Of a DNA stretch of 61,640 nucleotides, positions 15,970 through 24,248 are shown in pieces. The notes under the pieces are model-generated. The model ran no database searches and had not been told where the DNA came from. It was given only the letters and a program-made list of their open reading frames with translations. The stretch comes from a virus. The position numbers and the translations under genes were made by a program. Location of the stretch: the IMG/VR virus record IMGVR_UViG_3300001688_000037. One strand, 5' to 3'. Within the stretch, counting starts at the first letter, position 1. Every line of letters begins with the position of its first letter.

Positions 15970-16445
15970 ACTTCATTTACTGCATTTTCTCCAAAACCAG
16001 TAAGAGTAGCAATATGAGTATAGATGTTAGTGATCTCTCCACTAAGGAAAAGTTTTCTAGCCAGCTCCTTAGGAGTTTGAGCCTTAAACTTTTTCATAAG
16101 ATCCGCATTTTTGAGCATCGGCTTACCGTTAGCATCTACCACGCCCTCAATTACTACAAAGAGCTGGAGCAAAGATACATCCAGATCCACATCTTTACCC
16201 TTAACAGCTACCGCCATATCCTGTACCTCCTCATACTTTTCTGGAGTAAGAGCTTTACAAGTGATAATAAACGGAGATCCGTAAGCCTGTGTAAGTCTGG
16301 AGATCTCTACCTGCTTAGTAGGGAGCTTAATCTCTCCAATATCGGAGCCCAGCAAGAGATCCAGTACATTAACTGCCTCTTTCTGCTCCTGCATTACTTC
16401 CATATCTTCCATGCCTGTATATTCTTCTGCTTTCTTAGTTGCCAT
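15960..16445 (-). CDS. Tail assembly chaperone (XkdN-like)
   Basis: 161 aa, acidic. Lies between the tail tube and tape measure genes. Confidence 0.65.
   Translation of the reverse strand: MATKKAEEYTGMEDMEVMQEQKEAVNVLDLLLGSDIGEIKLPTKQVEISRLTQAYGSPFIITCKALTPEKYEEVQDMAVAVKGKDVDLDVSLLQLFVVIEGVVDANGKPMLKNADLMKKFKAQTPKELARKLFLSGEITNIYTHIATLTGFGENAVNEVKN
15963..15969 (-). promoter_or_regulatory. -1 programmed ribosomal frameshift slippery heptamer A_AAA_AAC
   Basis: Last codons of the chaperone are GTA AAA AAC TAA. The heptamer is in X_XXY_YYZ phase directly before the stop. Confidence 0.6.
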
Positions 16446-16495
16446 GATAATAGCCCTCCTATAATCTAAAAATTTTACCTATAAAACAAAAATAA

Positions 16496-16529
16496 GCGGA
16501 GAGGAATGGTTTTTCACACTCCTCTCCGC
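16496..16529 (-). terminator. Hairpin/terminator after the tail tube gene
   Basis: 10-bp stem gcggagagga/tcctctccgc, followed by TTATTTTTGTTTT on the minus strand. Confidence 0.6.
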
Positions 16530-16549
16530 CTTAACTGCACCTATCCTAC

Positions 16550-16984
16550 TTATTGAGGAGTAATCTGATCCAAGTACTCATAACCTGTAAAGGTAAACGG
16601 AGTTTCTGTTTCAAGAGGTTTCTGTGCCTCCCAATCAAACAGAGTAAGATCATCAAACTGTACTCCAGTAACACTTACACGCTCTGCTCCAAAAGCATCT
16701 GGATCCGCTAACTTACTGATAAGAGTAAAGCGTACATCCTGCTTATTTCTTACCATATCAGCAATCTTAATAGCCATTCTGGAGTTTACCTTGTGCATTG
16801 TAAGGGATCCTGTACCCTTGCATCCTACGATCTTGTTATCAGTAAAGAATGTACCGCACTGTTTGATCTCCTCTTTTGTAAATTCTACCTTTGCCTGTGC
16901 TTTGTAAGCCTCGCCTACATAATCTCCATCCAACCAGAGCTCTCCAAAGGTACCGTTACAAATTCTCTTTGTTTCTACAGCCAT
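16550..16984 (-). CDS. Tail tube protein (XkdM-like)
   Basis: 144 aa, directly after the sheath. The pattern NGTFGELWLDGDYVGEAYKAQAKVE...GTGSLTMHKV...TPFTF resembles PBSX XkdM. Confidence 0.7.
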   Translation of the reverse strand: MAVETKRICNGTFGELWLDGDYVGEAYKAQAKVEFTKEEIKQCGTFFTDNKIVGCKGTGSLTMHKVNSRMAIKIADMVRNKQDVRFTLISKLADPDAFGAERVSVTGVQFDDLTLFDWEAQKPLETETPFTFTGYEYLDQITPQ

Positions 16985-16999
16985 CTCTCAATACCTCCC

Positions 17000-18100
17000 T
17001 TACTCTTTGTTAATAAAGATGTCTACATCTTCGATAGCATCCAAGATACTAATAGTACCCTTAAGGAATACCTTAGATCCTGTATTTGCCTCTTTGATAG
17101 CCTGCTCATCCATATCGGAGGTATCTACTCCAATGCTCTCTAAGTACTGTTTCTGCTTAGCCACATTGATCTCTACAGTAGAGCTATCTGCTTTGAGGTA
17201 GCCCTTACCGCCCTCTGTAGCCTCCAGCCCTCTAAGGTATCCCTTAATAGCTGTAATCAACAAGCACTTGTTATCGTAGCTGTTAGAATAGTTACCGATG
17301 TAGGATTTATTGATAGTACTGTAAATATCAGTTTCAATAAGATCCTGTATAGCGGAGATCTTGATCTTCTGGAGATCCTCCGTTTCTACCTCTGTAACTG
17401 TTACCAAAGAGTTTACACCTCTGGCAATAACAATACGATCTCCATCGTTGTACAGAGTGAGCTTACCTGCATCTACAGCCTCATCTACTTCCTCATCCTC
17501 CGCATTAGGAATAGCTGTTACCTCATTAAGAGGCTTGTAAGTAGCGGATACTTTGAGATCCAAGCCAGCTAACAAGCCAGCAATTCTACTACAGTACTCC
17601 GCCTCTGTAAAAGCGGTATCCTCTACCGTGATCTTATCCTCTGCGGTAGCATTTACTACAGAGAAATTGATAACAGCTCTGCTATCTCCCTCTGTGTTAG
17701 GGAGTACTGCTACAGGTCTGCGGATAGTATTCTTACGGATACCTGCAATCCATGTAGCCATAGCTGTAGCCTCATCTGCGGAAATATCTGGAGCACCTAC
17801 AAGGTAGTTTACTTTCTGTGTTGCAAAAAACTTAAACGCCTCTTTGTAATCTTCTGCATCCTCTGTAAGGGTATACACGATAACCTTACTAGGAGTACCT
17901 AAAAAAGCTCTCTCAATGTAAGCGGTATTTGCCTCATTAAAAGCACTATCCCCAGTAGGAATATCATCTATCCCTCTAAGCACCATAGCCCCAGCATTTT
18001 TAGCATCCTTAAGGATGATACCTACTACGCCAAGAGTACCCATCTGGATAGCTGTTACCGCTTTTTTGGAAAACTCAATAATAATATCTGGCAATCCCAT
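17000..18100 (-). CDS. Contractile tail sheath protein (XkdK-like)
   Basis: 366 aa. Precedes the tube gene. Module order sheath-tube-chaperone-TMP. Confidence 0.7.
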   Translation of the reverse strand: MGLPDIIIEFSKKAVTAIQMGTLGVVGIILKDAKNAGAMVLRGIDDIPTGDSAFNEANTAYIERAFLGTPSKVIVYTLTEDAEDYKEAFKFFATQKVNYLVGAPDISADEATAMATWIAGIRKNTIRRPVAVLPNTEGDSRAVINFSVVNATAEDKITVEDTAFTEAEYCSRIAGLLAGLDLKVSATYKPLNEVTAIPNAEDEEVDEAVDAGKLTLYNDGDRIVIARGVNSLVTVTEVETEDLQKIKISAIQDLIETDIYSTINKSYIGNYSNSYDNKCLLITAIKGYLRGLEATEGGKGYLKADSSTVEINVAKQKQYLESIGVDTSDMDEQAIKEANTGSKVFLKGTISILDAIEDVDIFINKE

Positions 18101-18115
18101 TTTGATTTTTCCTCC

Positions 18116-18592
18116 TTATCCATTTGTTGTAGTTTCTGTTTCTAAATCAACCTCCAGCATGAGCTCATACGGATCCTCTTTAGGTACATCCTCTGTAAAG
18201 CTAAGCGTGAGCTTAACATACACCGCACCCTCATCTATCCTTACCTCATCGGAGTAATTTTCAATTTTCGCATACCTAGCTTTCTCCTTTACGCCCTCCA
18301 GAGGTATTACTGGCACCACTCTACGCAATAAAAAAAGAGCCTTAAGCTCATCCTTTACTTTGTACAGTTTCTCCGCTATCCCTTGATTAGCCTCGTTACG
18401 CTCCCCAAAGTATACGATCTGGAAAACTGGATCATCTTGATATACATTGTAGTTTTTAAGGTTACTACTCCCTGTAGCAAGGTGTACATAAAAACTACCT
18501 CGCTTAAAATTCTTAGGTACCTCCTCTATATGTACTGGTACTCCAGCATAGGAGGAGGCTATTACCTTACAAACGCTGTTAAGCAATCTCAT
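18116..18592 (-). CDS. Tail completion / head-tail joining protein (putative)
   Basis: 158 aa. Overlaps the upstream gene by 4 nt. Position between connector genes and sheath. Confidence 0.4.
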   Translation of the reverse strand: MRLLNSVCKVIASSYAGVPVHIEEVPKNFKRGSFYVHLATGSSNLKNYNVYQDDPVFQIVYFGERNEANQGIAEKLYKVKDELKALFLLRRVVPVIPLEGVKEKARYAKIENYSDEVRIDEGAVYVKLTLSFTEDVPKEDPYELMLEVDLETETTTNG

Positions 18593-19074
18593 AAGTTACC
18601 TCCCTCTACCTCTCTGGCACATTGCTCCATAAAGCTATTTACCAGCCTTACTAAGCGTGGCTTAGCACCATTAAAACCTTTTTCCATAAAAAAGGCTCCC
18701 TGTACATACCTCTCACTAAGCATTATCCCTTTTTGGTTACTGCCTGTGAGGTATTTTGCTCTACCGCCTACGCTTAACCGCTCCGCTGGTAAAAATCTCT
18801 TGTGTTGCACATGACCATCATTTACATACAGAGCATACTCTACATTAGTACCTACCTCTACATAATCCTGCGGTATGCCCTCTCCAAACACACAGATACT
18901 ATCTACTAATCTGGAGGTATCTACTGGCACATGAGGGATAATTTCCGCATGGTAAATCTCCCCCATACGCTCCAGCAAGATCCTTTTTTTAGCATCCCAG
19001 CTATCTACAAACTGTGCAAAGTTCTCTACAAACTCATCCCAGCCATCAATACTAAAGCCTAAATCATCTGCCAT
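18589..19074 (-). CDS. HK97 gp10-like tail-component protein
   Basis: 161 aa. VEVGTNVEYALYVNDGH matches the gp10-family signature (VGT.V.YA.YVE.G). Confidence 0.5.
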   Translation of the reverse strand: MADDLGFSIDGWDEFVENFAQFVDSWDAKKRILLERMGEIYHAEIIPHVPVDTSRLVDSICVFGEGIPQDYVEVGTNVEYALYVNDGHVQHKRFLPAERLSVGGRAKYLTGSNQKGIMLSERYVQGAFFMEKGFNGAKPRLVRLVNSFMEQCAREVEGGNL

Positions 19075-19077
19075 AGC

Positions 19078-19434
19078 CTATACCTCCTCAATACTAAGGA
19101 GTGGTACCGCTACATGAGTACGCTTTTTATAGGGCTTATCTGCCAGAGCCTTAAACTCTGTACTCTGGATTATCTCCTCATACTCATCTACCTCATAGAT
19201 ATATAAAATATCTCCCACCTGTACATCTGGCTCCTCATCGGATCCGATATAGCAAGTAAGCTCTGTGGTATTCTCTTTTTGAGGCTGTTTCTGTGCTGTG
19301 TTAGAGCTACTCTCTGCCACAAAACAAGGATAGGTACCAACTGTACCCAGCTCCTTTGTAGGGCGGTTATATTCTCCTAAAGTTGAGGAGTACCGTTTAA
19401 CGATAACTTTTTTATCCTCCATAAAGGCTAACAT
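19078..19434 (-). CDS. Head-tail adaptor / head closure protein (putative)
   Basis: 118 aa. Position in the connector cluster. Confidence 0.4.
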   Translation of the reverse strand: MLAFMEDKKVIVKRYSSTLGEYNRPTKELGTVGTYPCFVAESSSNTAQKQPQKENTTELTCYIGSDEEPDVQVGDILYIYEVDEYEEIIQSTEFKALADKPYKKRTHVAVPLLSIEEV

Positions 19435-19445
19435 AATGCACCTCC

Positions 19446-19796
19446 CTACTCTGTAGCCAGCGTGTTAGTGCGTGGAAACAAACGCCTATAGGGATACAGT
19501 TTATTTTTTACATTGTCTGGTAGTGGATCATCAAAGGATACGCTCTCATCCGCTAAAGAGTAGGAGGTTTCTCCCTCCGCTCCACGCTTACGGAAACGCT
19601 GTATAGCTAGATCCTCCTGTACATTTTTGAGCTGTTTAGGAAATACATCCTTACCCTCATCATCTATAAAGGTATCTCTGCAAAACGCCTCTATATCCTC
19701 TCTGGATTTCTCCAAAAGCACCTCTAAAACGGAGAGCTTTTTCTTGTTATCCTCTGCGATCCCCAGTAAGATCCTACATCTTTCTAAGCTCTCCAT
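19446..19796 (-). CDS. gp6-like head-tail connector protein (putative)
   Basis: 116 aa. N-terminal LLGIAEDNKKKLSVLEVLLEKSREDIEAFC pattern. Position after the capsid. Confidence 0.45.
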   Translation of the reverse strand: MESLERCRILLGIAEDNKKKLSVLEVLLEKSREDIEAFCRDTFIDDEGKDVFPKQLKNVQEDLAIQRFRKRGAEGETSYSLADESVSFDDPLPDNVKNKLYPYRRLFPRTNTLATE

Positions 19797-19811
19797 AAGT
19801 GCCTCCTCTAA

Positions 19812-20108
19812 TTATTCCTCTACCAACTCTACGCCATGTACTCTAGCAAGAGCCTTAGCCACTTCCAAGCTCTTAGTAGTGGCTGTACCCTTAATAAACT
19901 GAACACCTAAAGATGCTACAGTAAGGTAAGGGTTTTTGGAGGTAAATTTATAAACCTTTTCCTGCTTAGGCTCCTCTGCCTTAGCTGTGGTTTCATCCTC
20001 CGCCTGCTCCTGCACCTGTGCGATTTCCTCTGGAGCGGTTTCCTGTACTACTTCCTGTACTACTTCCTGCTTAGGCTCCTCTGCCTTAGCTGTGGTTTTC
20101 TTAGCCAT
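19812..20108 (-). CDS. Hypothetical protein with repeated acidic N-terminus (possible head-associated protein)
   Basis: 98 aa. TAKAEEPKQE occurs twice and QEVVQEVVQE is a tandem repeat. Directly downstream of the capsid gene. Confidence 0.5.
   Translation of the reverse strand: MAKKTTAKAEEPKQEVVQEVVQETAPEEIAQVQEQAEDETTAKAEEPKQEKVYKFTSKNPYLTVASLGVQFIKGTATTKSLEVAKALARVHGVELVEE
19959..20098 (-). repeat. 35-nt direct repeat pair (19959-19993 and 20064-20098) plus a 12-nt tandem duplication (20041-20064)
   Basis: ttcctgcttaggctcctctgccttagctgtggttt occurs twice. tcctgtactact is repeated in tandem. Confidence 0.85.
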
Positions 20109-20146
20109 TACGCTTACCTCCTATCTGTATACTCTACCAGCTTACC

Positions 20147-21064
20147 TTACGCCTGCTTACCGATATTAACGATCTTAGAGCCTGCGTAGCTGTTAAACAA
20201 CTTGATAGTACTTTCATTGATAACATGACCTTTGAGGTAATCTCCTGCCTTAGGAAGATCCTCATAGAAAGTACCTCTCAATTCTGCGATCTCAACCTGT
20301 TCCATATCTACAGTAAGCATAGCATCTGTAGCCATGTGGCGGTTAAGTACAAGGTTGATAATACCAAAATCACTCTCAATTCTGGCAATAGTAACACCGA
20401 AAGTAACAGCTAAAGAGTTATCAACTGCTACACGAACATTTACACCGTTCTTAACAAGGTTATTTACCATTCTCTTAACAGAGGCATTTACGAAAGTAAA
20501 GTACTCTCCGTGAGCACCGTGATCCCACATACCCTGCAAGCTGTCAAGGATGAGCTCCTCTCCAAATTCCTTACCAGTAGCATCGATCACATTGGCATCA
20601 TTAACCAAATTCATAAGACCGTTCATCTGTCTAGGAGTTTCTACGCCCTCTGCGGAGCTTTCAAGTGTCTTAACACCGTTGATAAAGTAGTATTCCAGAT
20701 CTCTCTTAGTTTCGATCAAACGATCATTAACCTCACTCTGGAAAGAGTTACCGATACCCTTAGGATCAAGAGCCTGTGCGGTACCAGATACCTGTGTAAC
20801 CTTTTCGATGATCTGACAAACATTGTCAAGAGTTCTTCTGCTGGAAGTGATAACGCTACCTGCATCTGCACCCTCCATCTTAAGAGTACCTCTGTTAGGA
20901 TTGAGCTCCTTTTCTCTCCAAGTAACTGTAATATCCTTAGCTGGTACCACAGCACCTCTACCCATCAACATAGTAGTAAGCGGAGTATCAGTAGGAGTTA
21001 CAAGTGCGATTTCCTCACGGAGATCTACTACTTCATTAGCCAAAAAATCATTTCTTTTAATCAT
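20147..21064 (-). CDS. Major capsid protein (XkdG-like)
   Basis: 305 aa, directly after the scaffold gene. Strong RBS. Size and position match PBSX-like elements. Confidence 0.65.
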   Translation of the reverse strand: MIKRNDFLANEVVDLREEIALVTPTDTPLTTMLMGRGAVVPAKDITVTWREKELNPNRGTLKMEGADAGSVITSSRRTLDNVCQIIEKVTQVSGTAQALDPKGIGNSFQSEVNDRLIETKRDLEYYFINGVKTLESSAEGVETPRQMNGLMNLVNDANVIDATGKEFGEELILDSLQGMWDHGAHGEYFTFVNASVKRMVNNLVKNGVNVRVAVDNSLAVTFGVTIARIESDFGIINLVLNRHMATDAMLTVDMEQVEIAELRGTFYEDLPKAGDYLKGHVINESTIKLFNSYAGSKIVNIGKQA

Positions 21065-21113
21065 TTTTAAGTTACCTCCTTAAAATTTTCGTTTGTTATG
21101 TTCTTTGAGGGAT

Positions 21114-21758
21114 TTATTCCTCATCTCTGTTGTGATATGCTGTGAGCTTTTCACTAAGCATACCCTTTACATTACCTGCTTTCTTTGCCTCATCGTACTT
21201 AGATACATCCTTAGTATCTTTTCCTGTAGCTGGAGTAGTGCCTTTAAGAAATTCAGCCTTAGCCTTAGCCACTTCCTTAGCTACTTCCGCATCAAACAGA
21301 GCTTTCATGCCCTTAACTCTTTCTGTGAGCTTTTTCTTACGCTCCTCCTCATCGGAGATAGTGGCAAGATCTTCTACAGCAATAAGATTTCTAAAGCCTG
21401 CATCCAAGCCAAGCTCCGCTACTGCATCCACTACATCCAACTTTAACCCCTTGATAGTGAGATCAAAATCTTTCTTAGCCTGTGCCTGTAAGCGTTCCTG
21501 CTCCTCAACACGCTTTCTCTCATCCTCTGTCATTTTTTCCTTAGCCTGCTTATCCGCCCACTCTTTCTCTTTCTTCTTGATAGCATCAGTTACCCTCTTA
21601 TCTGCCATCTTTTCATACTCTTTCTGGAGCTCTGCTCTAATTTCCTCCTCTGTTTTAACCTTAGGAGTATCTGCACCTGCTCCAGCGGTAGCGTTAGCCT
21701 GCTCCCCTGCTCCTGTTTCCGTAGTTCCGTTAGTGTTCTTTACTTCATCTGCCATCTT
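21114..21758 (-). CDS. Scaffolding protein
   Basis: Glu/Lys-rich coiled coil. Start moved to ATG 21758 (MADEVKNT) behind TAAGGAGG. Upstream of the capsid gene. Confidence 0.6.
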   Translation of the reverse strand, partial: KMADEVKNTNGTTETGAGEQANATAGAGADTPKVKTEEEIRAELQKEYEKMADKRVTDAIKKKEKEWADKQAKEKMTEDERKRVEEQERLQAQAKKDFDLTIKGLKLDVVDAVAELGLDAGFRNLIAVEDLATISDEEERKKKLTERVKGMKALFDAEVAKEVAKAKAEFLKGTTPATGKDTKDVSKYDEAKKAGNVKGMLSEKLTAYHNRDEE

Positions 21759-21835
21759 AGTAGCCCTCCTTATAAAATTTAAGTTTCGCACCCTCAACCC
21801 TCGTAAGTTTTGAGGCATACAACCCTTTATTTTCT

Positions 21836-21853
21836 TCATAAGATAGGTTACAA
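21836..21853 (-). promoter_or_regulatory. TTGTAACCTATCTTATGA motif copy 1 (candidate late promoter element)
   Basis: 18-nt identity with 32172-32189. The core TTGTAACC also occurs at 30695-30702. Sits after a terminator, 88 nt upstream of the scaffold start. Confidence 0.35.
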
Positions 21854-21940
21854 AGTAGGATAAAATATGTATTATTTATAGAAACACTTTGTAAAAATGT
21901 TTCATTTTCTAAGTAAATCTATTTCAGTACAAAAAAAAAA

Positions 21941-21972
21941 GAGGCTAACAAGTTTTTACACCTGTTAGCCTC
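21941..21972 (-). terminator. Rho-independent terminator
   Basis: 10-bp stem gaggctaaca/tgttagcctc, followed by T10 on the minus strand. Confidence 0.75.
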
Positions 21973-21981
21973 CTTACTGCA

Positions 21982-22188
21982 CTAATCGTAAATATCCTCT
22001 GTAGGTAAATTCTCCAGCACATCATAGAAATTAGGGATCTCTGCAATCGGCTTACCCTCCTTAATCTGGGTAAGTACCTCTATTTTCTCATCCAGTAGCT
22101 CCTCACTATCCAGATCAAAATATTTCATCTCTGGGATCCCTACCGCATACGCTAAGAGCTCAAATATTAGGATTTTCTTTTCTTCCAT
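21982..22188 (-). CDS. Small acidic protein downstream of the MuF-like gene (possible partner/immunity protein)
   Basis: 68 aa. Separated by 1 nt from the upstream gene stop. Confidence 0.45.
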   Translation of the reverse strand: MEEKKILIFELLAYAVGIPEMKYFDLDSEELLDEKIEVLTQIKEGKPIAEIPNFYDVLENLPTEDIYD

Positions 22189-22189
22189 G

Positions 22190-24214
22190 CTACTTTACCT
22201 CCTCCAGCATTTCTAAGATGCACCCAGCTAAGGCACTTACCAGCTCTGGCTTATCCTCTTTTAAGAGTTCTATTAACTCTGGATGAGAGATAGCAAGAGC
22301 TCCATAGTTAGCTAAAGCCTCCGATGGGCATTTTTCTGCATTACTGTAGTATCTCCCTCCGTGTCCGTAGTGTACTACACCTTTATCCCTATGAGATCCG
22401 CCACTAAGAGCATCGTAAATATCCTGCAAACTGCTTACACCGCCTCCTAAGGCATTTCTACAATCTGCATCTGCTTTCTCATTAACCGTTTTCCACAGCT
22501 TTTTAGAGAGCTTATCAAAATCTTTCCACGATATTTTACCAGATCTGTACTGCTCTCTTAGATCCGCTATCCCATCTGTGTACTCATCTTGATACTTTTT
22601 GTGTATTATACCATACTCTTTATCAAAATCCTCAAAAAGTTTTTTAACCTTATCTCCTATGGAGGTATCCTTTTTAGAAAATACCGCCTTTAGAGCCTCA
22701 TTAGAGCGTGATTGCATCCCCAGTAGCTTTTTACGATCTTTCTTAAGGGCTACCATAGCATCTAACAAGTGCATCTCCTCATGTAGAGTAGTAACATAGG
22801 TACTAGGGTTAGCTACATCCAGCTTAGGTATAGTAAGTTTCCACTCCGAAAAATCTCTACTCAAAGCATAAGAGGATCCGTGAGAGATCTTAAAGGCTAA
22901 TCCTGCATCCTCCAGAGTATCCAGCTTATCCATAGCCCTATATACCGCTACTACGGATTTATCAGCGTTAGGCTGGCTGTTAATGTAATCTAAGAGAGCC
23001 TGTGTATTTTTAGCCTCCGCCTTACTAGCGTAAAATGCCTCTGGATAATCGGTTAATTTGATAGGATCTCTATCTACTATAACCTTATCAGTTTTTACCG
23101 CATTTTTTATATCGGATTTCTTTACAGGCTCTACAGCTACAGGATCTCCCTTATACTCCAACTTACCGCCCTCTTTCCAGTTTCTTACCCAGCCATCCTT
23201 AAGAGAGCCATCTGGGTTAATCTTATCCTTATTAGCCTCCAGCCATTTCTCATAATTCTCCGCTCCTCTTACGGATCCTGTAAGCTCATTGAGCTCATTA
23301 CTACTAAAAGTATCTGGTACTACAGGAATATACACACATCTACAGTTAGGATGGCGTGGTAGAGTAGGCTCCTTACCTCTCTCATACCTCTTACCATTAT
23401 CCGCTTTACAGGTACCACAAGTACGATGATCCCCACCGTTAGCACAGCGGTACTCCAGCTCCTCTATACCTGTATCTGCGTAAGCGTGATCGTGTGCTAC
23501 ATAGGCTACCCTTTTGGTTTCCGTTCTAGCCACTCTCTCCGCATTGTATCTAGCTGTATCTATGTTTTTTGTGATCCTATCGGTAATCTCTGGGATACCC
23601 TCCCCTAAGATCATGCTCTGGGTAAGTCCTACTCTAAGATTTCTCCCCAGCGTTTCCTTATCCAGCCAGAGCCTATCACTAAACATAGCTCCGCTCCACG
23701 GATAATCTAGCGTTTGCCTTATAAGATTAGGATTGAGCCTATTAAAATTAGCCTTTACTGGTATGCTCTGCCCCAGTTCGTATACCTGCCTTAAAAATTG
23801 ATCGGTATATATGTGGGAGAGCCCCTGTGTAAATACTGCCTGCTCTTTCTGCCCTAATTTAGTAAGCTCTGCTGTGATCTGCTCAAATAAGCCTCTACTC
23901 CGTGTAAGAGCACTCTGGTTAGCATAGCTCCATGTACCTCCAGCCTTTTTAACCTTAGCCATAGTTTCCGCCACATCTGCTAGGATCTGTTTCTGGCAAT
24001 CCCTATAAATTGAGGCTAGTACTCTCTCCATCTTAGCCTCATCATCAAAGGCTTTTAGGTTATTCCTCAATACCGCCTCCTCACGCTCTGCAATTAGCTT
24101 AGCTCTACGGAGGCTATCAGCATGGAGGATCTTTTTCTGCTCATCTGTGAGCTGGCTGTAAGGAATACCATACATTTCTCTTACAGCCATATTTACATAG
24201 CCTATATTAGCCAT
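22190..24214 (-). CDS. Head morphogenesis protein (SPP1 gp7 / MuF family) with a ~370-aa C-terminal extension containing HExxH
   Basis: gp7/MuF core RVARTETKRVAYVAHDH...RTCGTCKADNGKRY...PRHPNCRCVYIPV in the first 300 aa. HEEMH near aa 477. Confidence 0.7.
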   Translation of the reverse strand: MANIGYVNMAVREMYGIPYSQLTDEQKKILHADSLRRAKLIAEREEAVLRNNLKAFDDEAKMERVLASIYRDCQKQILADVAETMAKVKKAGGTWSYANQSALTRSRGLFEQITAELTKLGQKEQAVFTQGLSHIYTDQFLRQVYELGQSIPVKANFNRLNPNLIRQTLDYPWSGAMFSDRLWLDKETLGRNLRVGLTQSMILGEGIPEITDRITKNIDTARYNAERVARTETKRVAYVAHDHAYADTGIEELEYRCANGGDHRTCGTCKADNGKRYERGKEPTLPRHPNCRCVYIPVVPDTFSSNELNELTGSVRGAENYEKWLEANKDKINPDGSLKDGWVRNWKEGGKLEYKGDPVAVEPVKKSDIKNAVKTDKVIVDRDPIKLTDYPEAFYASKAEAKNTQALLDYINSQPNADKSVVAVYRAMDKLDTLEDAGLAFKISHGSSYALSRDFSEWKLTIPKLDVANPSTYVTTLHEEMHLLDAMVALKKDRKKLLGMQSRSNEALKAVFSKKDTSIGDKVKKLFEDFDKEYGIIHKKYQDEYTDGIADLREQYRSGKISWKDFDKLSKKLWKTVNEKADADCRNALGGGVSSLQDIYDALSGGSHRDKGVVHYGHGGRYYSNAEKCPSEALANYGALAISHPELIELLKEDKPELVSALAGCILEMLEEVK

Positions 24215-24248
24215 TTCTGCACCTCCTGTACGCCTTTTCTAGCCTCTT

